From an uncultured virus (IMG/VR IMGVR_UViG_3300011215_000001) (Duplodnaviria; Heunggongvirae; Uroviricota; Caudoviricetes), in IMG/VR virus record IMGVR_UViG_3300011215_000001: a DNA stretch of 64,000 nt; one strand, written 5' to 3'. Below the pieces are notes generated by a model. The model was not told where the DNA came from and searched no databases. It saw only the letters and a list, made by a program, of their open reading frames with translations. This document shows, in pieces, positions 10,165 to 17,675 of the stretch (the stretch's first letter is position 1; every line of letters starts with the position of its first letter). The translations under genes and the position numbers were made by a program.

Positions 10165-10303
10165 CCTTTTCTATTTAATTTTGGTATATTATGTAAGGTA
10201 CTTATGAAGCACCAATTCACACACTAAATTTTAGTATGTCAATTTGTGGCTCATAATTTTAAAATAAAGTAGTGCGAAAATTCTCACACTACTTTATTGA
10301 GCA

Positions 10304-10447
10304 TTAGTAACGAACTACGCTTTTTATGAATATTAAAACCAGTATACAGAAAACTTGTGAGCCATAATAGATTACTAAATCTGAAATAGCCATTTCGTTA
10401 ATATCACAGCCAAAAAAGTATTGATTCACCGCATTTAAAATTTTCAT
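10304..10447 (-). CDS. small hydrophobic peptide (47 aa)
   Basis: AAAGGATGGG RBS; MKILNAVNQYFFG...QVFCILVLIFIKSVVRY; motif at 10491. Confidence 0.6.
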   Translation of the reverse strand: MKILNAVNQYFFGCDINEMAISDLVIYYGSQVFCILVLIFIKSVVRY

Positions 10448-10533
10448 GTTCTTAATCCCATCCTTTTTATAAATTTGTTCACGTTAATGAAGGTATGCAT
10501 GTGCCTGTCAATCACACACAATTTTTATATTTT

Positions 10534-10884
10534 TTAGAAGCAATATTTCAGTAAATCACTATTTAATTGAAAATCAATCATTCTGATTTCATTTTGACAT
10601 CTATCCCACAATAGCCAGTTCTCCGATTGTTTCCCCCCTCCTAAATGCAAAGGAATATATAAAGATTCTTTTGTATCTGAAATCTTTTGAGATACAATTT
10701 TAAGCATTGATTTAAATTGTACGAAATATGATTCAGCGTTTACCATTTCACCTTTGATAACATTTTCAATACAGTTGTTAGCGATATTTTTCAGACTCAA
10801 AATAATTTCGTTAGCACTTTTCCCTACATACCACTCACTTTCTTTAAATGTAATTGTTGAAACTTGAATTGTTGTTGTTGCCAT
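10534..10884 (-). CDS. hypothetical early protein
   Basis: start revised to MATTTIQ after AAAGGTGG. Confidence 0.75.
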   Translation of the reverse strand: MATTTIQVSTITFKESEWYVGKSANEIILSLKNIANNCIENVIKGEMVNAESYFVQFKSMLKIVSQKISDTKESLYIPLHLGGGKQSENWLLWDRCQNEIRMIDFQLNSDLLKYCF

Positions 10885-11033
10885 TTTTATTCCACCTTTT
10901 TTTATGTATTTGTGAGAATCACTCACACTATATAAGGTATTTGAAGTGTTTTGAATCACACAAAAAATTAATTTTTATTTTGTTGGTTCAAATTTAAAAA
11001 TGGCATGTGAAAAGTTCACACACCATTTCGAAT

Positions 11034-11267
11034 TTACATTTTTGCAATTTGTTTTAATAATTCATCTAATACTTTTGAGGAAATTTCTTTCTCTCTGCTT
11101 TGAGTGTCCTCGTTATCTCCTGTTTGTGCATCTATATAGTCGATAATAGAAGAAATAACTTCATCAAATTCCTCAAAATATTTATCCCCTAAAAGCCCAT
11201 CTTGACGATGTAAATGATAAATGCTTATTGCAAAAATCATAAGTTCTTCTCTTGTAAAACCATTCAT
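11034..11267 (-). CDS. small acidic protein
   Basis: 77 aa, AAAGGTG RBS, motif upstream. Confidence 0.75.
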   Translation of the reverse strand: MNGFTREELMIFAISIYHLHRQDGLLGDKYFEEFDEVISSIIDYIDAQTGDNEDTQSREKEISSKVLDELLKQIAKM

Positions 11268-11361
11268 TTTATCACCTTTTCCATGTTTGTATTAAGTAAG
11301 GTATTCCATCAAAACAAATTCACACATTCGAATACCACTTTTTTCATAATAACATAAAACA

Positions 11362-11568
11362 TTACATTAAAAAGTCAAGAATATCATTATCAAATTTGTA
11401 GGATGACAATTTTCTGTAATAGTTTTGGTCTTTATTGATTACATTTTCAACAAATGAATTAATAAGATTTAAAAGCTCATTATCTGTTATCCCTTGTGAT
11501 TTTTTAAGCTCGTATTCCTTTTTCATTTCTACTAGTTTTAATAAATTGTTTCTAGTAACTGTTTTCAT
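11362..11568 (-). CDS. hypothetical early protein
   Basis: 68 aa, AGAGGG RBS, motif upstream. Confidence 0.7.
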   Translation of the reverse strand: MKTVTRNNLLKLVEMKKEYELKKSQGITDNELLNLINSFVENVINKDQNYYRKLSSYKFDNDILDFLM

Positions 11569-11695
11569 TTCTCTATTCCCTCTTTCGTATGTACTTTGTT
11601 TCTATCTTACATTATGTAAGGTGTTTTTGCTTTTAAGAATCACACATTTATTTTAGAAAAATGAGCATAAAAAAAAGCGTGTGATAAACACACGC

Positions 11696-12004
11696 TCATT
11701 TTTTACTTTTGATTCCGTAAAGTTCCCAACCTGTCGAATCAAAAATACCTATGAATTTTTCGCCATGATGTACTTTCTTTTTGCCTTTCCACTCTTTCCA
11801 ATCTGAGTGACCAACAAAAATAACGTTTTCTGTTTCTGCTTTTGGCTCAAGGAAAAACATACCTTCATTTGTGCTGTACATGTAGAATATTTCTAATTCG
11901 ATATTCTGATTTTCTTCTACTGCTTTTTCTTTTGCGTTTACAAAGTCATTCCCAGTTGTGAATAATGATAATACTAAAGCGATTGTTAATAAGATTTTTT
12001 TCAT
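11696..12004 (-). CDS. secreted protein with Sec signal peptide
   Basis: GGAGG RBS; MKKILLTIALVLSLFTTGNDFVNA/KEK. Confidence 0.8.
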   Translation of the reverse strand: MKKILLTIALVLSLFTTGNDFVNAKEKAVEENQNIELEIFYMYSTNEGMFFLEPKAETENVIFVGHSDWKEWKGKKKVHHGEKFIGIFDSTGWELYGIKSKK

Positions 12005-12084
12005 GATAAATTCCTCCAAATTGTTTGATATTATTTAAGGTAAAACAGTTTTCTTAAATCACACATTTAATTTTAAAACTTTTT

Positions 12085-12264
12085 TTAATTATGCCATGCT
12101 TTATTGTAGCCAAATAATTTTGCTATCCTGTCAGCTTGTGAAATGATTTCAGATTCTACCTTTTCGCATGGTTGTATAGTATTTTCTTTGTAGCTTATTA
12201 GTGCATTGGCAACAGCTTGCATAATAGCTTCTTGTGCCTTTTCTTTGACTTCCTTTCTACTCAC
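12085..12264 (-). CDS. small hypothetical protein (59 aa)
   Basis: AAAGGTGG RBS, GTG start, (M)SRKEVKEKAQEAIMQAV...; motif at 12293. Confidence 0.7.
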   Translation of the reverse strand: MSRKEVKEKAQEAIMQAVANALISYKENTIQPCEKVESEIISQADRIAKLFGYNKAWHN

Positions 12265-12320
12265 AATAGAAACACCACCTTTCTACATAGTAAGGTATTT
12301 GAGTAATATAAAATCACACA

Positions 12321-12497
12321 TTAAAATTTAATGATTGTATAACCTTCATTGTCATTGCATAATTCAGCGTTGACATGCTTTACAGCTAATAGAATAGATG
12401 CACTTGAAAAACCTTTTATCATAAGTGAATTGAATCGAATTGCCTTTTTTGTACCCATTAATTGTTCGAATAAGTTTTTTAATTGTAATGTTTTCAT
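12321..12497 (-). CDS. small hypothetical protein (58 aa)
   Basis: AAGGGGG RBS; MKTLQLKNLFEQLMG...; motif at 12530. Confidence 0.65.
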   Translation of the reverse strand: MKTLQLKNLFEQLMGTKKAIRFNSLMIKGFSSASILLAVKHVNAELCNDNEGYTIIKF

Positions 12498-12643
12498 AGT
12501 CCTTGGACTACCCCCTTTTCATAAGCAATAGGTTGTTATGTGCTGTCAAATCACACATTTCCCCCATGAGAAATTATTTTCTGGTATACAATATTTGAAT
12601 TGTCTAACGATATTTCAAGGTATTGTTTATATACTTTATTGAG

Positions 12644-12674
12644 TATTCAAGGGGAAAATAAATCCCCTTGAATA
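12644..12674 (-). terminator. hairpin after sigma-like gene
   Basis: TATTCAAGGGGA...TCCCCTTGAATA inverted repeat. Confidence 0.6.
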
Positions 12675-12682
12675 TCTAAGCA

Positions 12683-13666
12683 TTAGTATGCTTTCATTTC
12701 GTTAAAGTAGTTGTTGAAATATGCCTCTACTTTTTGGAATTGTCTATCTAAGCGTGTCTTTTTACCTTCTACCTCTGCAAACGCTTGTTCGATTTCTCTT
12801 TTTCCATAACCTGCCATACGCATAACTGCAATTTTATATAGCTTGTCATTGCCTTTGAAAGCACTTTGTAAGTCCATAGCGACAACCTTCATATCATTTT
12901 CATCAAGGTTATTAAGTGCCTTTGCTACATCATACATAAGCGTGTCTGTATTCTTTGCTTCATCACTTGCCATTGCTTCAAATCTATCGTATGCATAGCG
13001 TTGAGCACGACTATTTTCAGTCTTTACAGCGTTCAATACATACCCCTTGAAAGCCTGTAATAACCCCTTGCGAATGTTTAGCTTGCCTTGCTTGTACTTC
13101 TCCATCATGTTATCCCTAGCAATGCAATATACGTCCTCTGGTGACAGGTATATATCATTGTATGCATAGCGTTTAGCCATTGAATAGAATACCTTGCGTC
13201 CATAATATAAGGCTTGGTATAGTGCTTCAAAGTCGTTACCGCCATTGTACACGTTAGGCATGATGCTCATTAGCTCGTTATCATTGAATACTTTACCGCC
13301 ATATTTGCGATTAAGAGAGAATAATTTGTCAATTAACGCTTGCATTTCCTCCGATACATTTTCACGCTTTTCATGTGCTTCTAGGTATTCTTGTGTAGTA
13401 TGATAAATTACGTCTTGCGTTTCTTCTATAGGTTGTACACTTGCTTGCTTCTTGCTTGCTTCTTTCTTTGCTTTAGCTTCTTTACGCTGTGTTTCAACCT
13501 CTATTATTAGAGGTAAATTATCAGCACCAAATCCCACACGTTTTTTGATTTCGGAATGGATTTCTTTCATTGCTAAAGATAGACATGCAGAGTAAACCCC
13601 TTCATATGTTTTAGCTCGCTTGTGTGCTTCTTGCATAATTTGTTTAGCTAGTAAATTTTTTGACAT
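12683..13666 (-). CDS. putative phage sigma70/ECF-like factor with N-terminal extension
   Basis: 327 aa; region-2-like LSPEDVYCIARDNMMEKY...AFKGYVLNAVKTENSR; region-4-like HTH LYKIAVMRMAGYGKREIEQAF..KTRLDRQFQKV; heads the motif-bearing block. Confidence 0.6.
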   Translation of the reverse strand: MSKNLLAKQIMQEAHKRAKTYEGVYSACLSLAMKEIHSEIKKRVGFGADNLPLIIEVETQRKEAKAKKEASKKQASVQPIEETQDVIYHTTQEYLEAHEKRENVSEEMQALIDKLFSLNRKYGGKVFNDNELMSIMPNVYNGGNDFEALYQALYYGRKVFYSMAKRYAYNDIYLSPEDVYCIARDNMMEKYKQGKLNIRKGLLQAFKGYVLNAVKTENSRAQRYAYDRFEAMASDEAKNTDTLMYDVAKALNNLDENDMKVVAMDLQSAFKGNDKLYKIAVMRMAGYGKREIEQAFAEVEGKKTRLDRQFQKVEAYFNNYFNEMKAY

Positions 13667-13857
13667 AATAATGAATCCCCATTCATTGTTATAGTAGTAG
13701 TCGAATGATAGACTACCCCATTATACACACATTACGCATAAATATTCATATGTATATAATGGGATATTCTAGGATGTCGAAAGATAGACAAACCAATCCC
13801 ATAACAAAAGTGGAAAAGATGCAAAATAAAACTAATTTACAAGTCACTACTTTATTA

Positions 13858-13872
13858 AGTTTTCAAAGAACT
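13858..13872 (-). promoter_or_regulatory. rrn-type boxA antitermination element
   Basis: minus strand AGTTCTTTGAAAACT, matching Bacillus rRNA boxA as recalled, ~190 nt upstream of the sigma-like start. Confidence 0.6.
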
Positions 13873-14271
13873 GTCAACTAATTAAATGGACAAATTTTCA
13901 ACTTACACTAGCTTCACAGCTAAAATGTATCTGTCATTTAACTTGTGTTAACTATAACATTAACAGTTTACACTTGTATATAGGTAATTTAATTTAAAGG
14001 AAAAACACGCATAAACGAGAATATTTTGTACATAACTTAGAAAATTTTCGTATGATGTGAGTTGAATATAAAAGCGTGTATAACTTGACACGACACGAAA
14101 ATTATGATAGAGAGTCAAATTTTATTATTCTAATATAGTAAAAAATTTTAAAAAAATATTAGCTTGACAAAATAAAAAAATTATGAAAGACTAAGATTTT
14201 TAATTGTAAAGCAAAAATACTTTACATCATTATTTACATTTATTTCCTTGTAATTTATTTACATTTATATT

Positions 14272-14340
14272 GATAATGATAATCATTTATAAATCGTAGT
14301 CATTACTATTTATTACTTAATGGTAATGATTCCTATTATC
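14272..14340. promoter_or_regulatory. two Fur-box-like sites
   Basis: GATAATGATAATCATTTAT (16/19) and GGTAATGATTCCTATTATC (14/19) versus GATAATGATAATCATTATC. Confidence 0.4.
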
Positions 14341-14794
14341 ATCATATAACATAGATTATATGAATAATTGTCCGTTCATATGTTCGTAGTATATAAGATA
14401 TAGGGGGGTGTTTTACAGGAAATATGTATAGTGCTAAAGTCCCAAAAGCCTAAACACACCCTCATCTCAACTCTGAATATTTCCAGAAACAGCCTATATT
14501 TTAGCAATATTTATCTTTTGCGACTCACTACACACTGCACTAAATTTTCATCAATCCAAAGCGATTTTCGCACATCCAGACATACATATATACGCACATT
14601 CTCATTTAGCTTGCTCTCATATCGCATAAATTGGCATAAAAAAATAGGCATACACTTTTCAGCATATACCTAAAATTTCTATTATAATTTCTTCTCAAAC
14701 TTTCCAGACTGCTAATATTCACTTACCATCATCCATTAACCTTATTCCAGTATATCATTATGGTAAAATGGATTAAAATTTGAATTATATAGCA

Positions 14795-15124
14795 TTAATA
14801 GTGAAATGAAAAAGGCTCTTTGGTTCTTTGAGTTCTTTCAAAATATGAAATAAACTCAATCAAATTCCTTTGCTGTTTACTCCATCTGGAGTCTAATTGA
14901 AATAATTCAGTTTGAGATAAGTTAACATCTATCTTGCCGAATTTATTATTATGCAAATTAGCTGTATAATAAGGCTCTGCATACTTGTTACTATAGCTTA
15001 TACATTCTATCTTAAAAGGTGTGTTCTTTTTAATTGTGGTATTTTCGATAGAATCAGACAGTGTTATTTCTACTTCAATATTCCTTGATAAATGAATTAC
15101 ATCTCCAATAGCATACAGATACAT
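14795..15124 (-). CDS. hypothetical protein
   Basis: likely start MYLYAIG after AGGAGAAAGAG. Confidence 0.7.
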   Translation of the reverse strand: MYLYAIGDVIHLSRNIEVEITLSDSIENTTIKKNTPFKIECISYSNKYAEPYYTANLHNNKFGKIDVNLSQTELFQLDSRWSKQQRNLIEFISYFERTQRTKEPFSFHY

Positions 15125-15292
15125 TCTCTCTTTCTCCTGTTTAATCAGCATAATTCTACATTTAGGCTTGCAACCTTTAAGCGTACTACCATTACTGGGT
15201 TGGGTATTTCTCATAGAGAGCAGGGTTACTTTTATTGCAATTTACTGTCACTCCTACTGCTAACCCTTTTTCAGATATGACACCTAATCATA

Positions 15293-15556
15293 TCAAAGGA
15301 AAGTACACACTAAACATTTTACATCGTATACGCTACGTTCCATCCTTACAAAATTTCTAGGTATTTCTTGAATTATTTCATCCAATGTATCTTTTACTAG
15401 ACAATGACTTGTTACTCTATCCATATCAAATAATCTTGCAACAAATTTCCCTGTAAAGTCCTTTGGACTGTCATACACTGCAATCATTGGCATGTACTGC
15501 ACTTCATTTTTAAAGTCGAAATCCATAAATGATTGTCTAATTTTACTGTTCATCAT
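15293..15556 (-). CDS. hypothetical protein
   Basis: 87 aa; VYDSPKDFTGKFVARLFD motif. Confidence 0.8.
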   Translation of the reverse strand: MMNSKIRQSFMDFDFKNEVQYMPMIAVYDSPKDFTGKFVARLFDMDRVTSHCLVKDTLDEIIQEIPRNFVRMERSVYDVKCLVCTFL

Positions 15557-15701
15557 ATTCTTTAGCCTTCAATTCTTCAATTTCTTTATAATATCTTTCA
15601 TTTGCCATAGACCAACGCCCTAAACCATTACCAAGCATTGTATTCACAATAATAGTACTTTCAACCTCAAGCGAATCCCTTGAGCTTAACTCTTCATTCA
15701 T
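15543..15701 (-). CDS. small hypothetical protein (52 aa)
   Basis: AGGAG RBS; MNEELSSRDSLEVES... Confidence 0.55.
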   Translation of the reverse strand: MNEELSSRDSLEVESTIIVNTMLGNGLGRWSMANERYYKEIEELKAKEYDEQ

Positions 15702-15712
15702 TGCAATAACTC

Positions 15713-16003
15713 CTACGATAAAGTATAGTTTTTTTCAAATGTTTGCTTTGGTAAGCTGTATAACCAACCATCATCTTCTCTTAAGATGTAATCTCCATTG
15801 GATAATACAGTTTCATTTCTAAATCCTATGGTATTTGTGTGGTTCATTATGTAGTACCTACCATCATCAACCTTCTTACCACACCACATTTCAGAAAAAT
15901 TCGCTCTATCAAATACAAATGGGTATTCCAGAGGGTTCTTTTGGTATCTTTCTTCTGTAAATTCAATAGCTAATAAAATTCTTTTGCGTTCATAAATTTC
16001 CAT
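15713..16003 (-). CDS. hypothetical phage protein
   Basis: 96 aa; GDYILREDDGWLYSLPKQTFEKNY-type C-terminus. Confidence 0.8.
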   Translation of the reverse strand: MEIYERKRILLAIEFTEERYQKNPLEYPFVFDRANFSEMWCGKKVDDGRYYIMNHTNTIGFRNETVLSNGDYILREDDGWLYSLPKQTFEKNYTLS

Positions 16004-16025
16004 GTTACATATCTTCTTTCTCTAA

Positions 16026-16220
16026 TTAATTGTTATATCTGTTGTCGAATTCATTAAAAACTTGAAGTTCAAGCTCAAGTTCTCTTAGTTTTCGCTGAGA
16101 TTCTGCTATTGATGACATATTATCTTCACTGGCAATTGTGTCCCTTACTGATTGTATCTCATTGTTTAAAAAAGCTACTGTATACTTAATTGATTTTTTA
16201 ACATGTCCTACACCTATCAT
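16026..16220 (-). CDS. small coiled-coil protein
   Basis: 64 aa ORF in operon. Confidence 0.65.
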   Translation of the reverse strand: MIGVGHVKKSIKYTVAFLNNEIQSVRDTIASEDNMSSIAESQRKLRELELELQVFNEFDNRYNN

Positions 16221-16241
16221 TGTTTCATAACCTCTTATCTA

Positions 16242-17042
16242 TTAGTTATTTACTACAAATACTTGCAGTATTGCATTAATAAAAATAAAAATGAAAGCAA
16301 TTAAAATGAATGGAATACCAACTAAGTAAAGTAATCCTTTAATGTATTGCTTTTTCTTGAAATTCTTCTTTGCCAAATATTTATATATTGTCCTTAATTC
16401 CTTAATATAGATAAATAATGGCTTTTCTTTCAGCACTTGTTTATCGAAAAAGTATACCAGTGAAGCTAGATAAATCAATTGAGATATGCCAAGAAACTTA
16501 GAATTGTTAGTGAAGACCATTGCAATCATAAGAATTGAAGAATAATTTAATATTCTATTTGGTAGGGGAGCACTAATTAGCAAGTAATCTAGCACATAAA
16601 TGAATCCCTTTAGATTGTATTTAGCCTTTCTTTTAAATCTAGTAAATATATTGTCTTTAAGCAGTAGAGCTTGATAGAGTTCTTCTATCATTTCAACTGG
16701 AACATAACCATAAATTCTACCATTGAAACACTCTTCTATTTCTTCATTAAAGTTAGGTAACGCATCTTTTATCCTAATAAACTTACCAGAAGAATCAACT
16801 AACGCTACTTCCATAGTTGAATACTTTGATAAATCTTCTAATGTCTCTGTGGGGGTACACTTTAAGCCGAAATTACACTGAATACTCAAGTAATATTGAC
16901 CAATGGGTATTTGTTTGTAGAAAATTGGCAATATCCTTCTATCAAATTCCTCGTAGGCTCTTCCCATTACAGCTTTAATATCATTCTGAATTGTTAATGT
17001 TTCTTCTGTTACTTCCATTTTTTCAATGAACTGAAATTGCAT
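16242..17042 (-). CDS. membrane protein with soluble N-terminal domain
   Basis: 266 aa, AAAGGTTGG RBS, several C-terminal hydrophobic segments. Confidence 0.75.
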   Translation of the reverse strand: MQFQFIEKMEVTEETLTIQNDIKAVMGRAYEEFDRRILPIFYKQIPIGQYYLSIQCNFGLKCTPTETLEDLSKYSTMEVALVDSSGKFIRIKDALPNFNEEIEECFNGRIYGYVPVEMIEELYQALLLKDNIFTRFKRKAKYNLKGFIYVLDYLLISAPLPNRILNYSSILMIAMVFTNNSKFLGISQLIYLASLVYFFDKQVLKEKPLFIYIKELRTIYKYLAKKNFKKKQYIKGLLYLVGIPFILIAFIFIFINAILQVFVVNN

Positions 17043-17062
17043 TTGAATACCAACCTTTAACT

Positions 17063-17290
17063 TTAATCATATTCACAAAAATCAACTGAATGTCCTAATG
17101 CATTTACTTCCAAAGACAAGCAACTAATACATATATAGTGACTACCAGACACTAGGGGCAAATAAAAATGACGTTTTCCCTTGCTTATAATTACTGGAGG
17201 TCTTTGCAGTAATAATTCCTTTTCCATATTGCAAAAGAAACAACTGTGCAAATCATCACTACAATCAGAACCATTATTTGCCATTTCCAA
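17063..17290 (-). CDS. small Cys-rich (zinc finger-like) protein
   Basis: AAGGAG RBS; CFFC...CISC. Confidence 0.6.
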   Translation of the reverse strand: MEMANNGSDCSDDLHSCFFCNMEKELLLQRPPVIISKGKRHFYLPLVSGSHYICISCLSLEVNALGHSVDFCEYD

Positions 17291-17675
17291 ATACGCTCCT
17301 TTTTGACTAGGTAATATATATCAAAAATACCACTTTTAACAGCGTTTGAAAATACTTTTTTTATTATTTGTTTGGCTTATTTCTCCAAACCCTTGGAAAT
17401 AGGCAGTCAAATGCTCAGAAAAAGTTTTAAAGGTTTCAAAATTTGTATGCAACGGTCAAAAACATATTCTGTAAAAAACGGTGCTTTTAATCAGTCGATA
17501 ACACGATTTAAAGCTCTCGGAAATACATGAGTAAAGAATTGGCGTTATCGCCTCTTAGAAGGCTCGTAAATGCCCTTTAAAGAGGACGTAGATACACTTG
17601 TATCAAAAGATAAAAGCAATGAATATTTAAGCTTGTCCGACATATATTGGGACTAACCGTTTAAATAGTTAATCA

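Larger units (their letters stand above)
841..13537 (-). promoter_or_regulatory. 24 dispersed copies of a putative phage-specific promoter GTGTGA-N16-TACCT (minus strand)
   Basis: Plus-strand AGGT(A/G/T)-N16-TC(A/C)CAC at 841,1662,2519,3487,3977,4427,4728,5099(ACACAC variant),5870,6507,7476,7613,8724,8994,9699,10196,10491,10935,11299,11619,12038,12293,12530,13511; spacer always 16 nt with variable sequence; mostly just upstream of an RBS. Confidence 0.85.

Noticed and set aside
3986..11020. TGTGA..TCACA palindromes as CRP/Fnr boxes
   Set aside because: Arm spacing varies (mostly 3-7 nt) rather than a fixed 6; better explained as hairpins built on the promoter hexamer
529..12531. Plus-strand ORFs in the early block (e.g. 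913..1206, 4067..4288, 8788..8991, 12349..12531)
   Set aside because: Antisense shadows of minus-strand genes, no RBS, F/L/I/S-rich composition
841..12556. Motif as CRISPR/TIGR-like array or integron attC cassette array
   Set aside because: Copies are dispersed, have fixed -35/-10-like geometry before RBSs, lack GTTRRRY/RYYYAAC cores, and no cas-like gene is present; promoter is the simpler reading
13982..14008. Autoregulatory motif copy upstream of the sigma-like gene
   Set aside because: AGGTA present but -35 reads AAACAC (2 mismatches); too weak
14431..14673. 80 aa plus-strand ORF
   Set aside because: No convincing RBS, atypical composition
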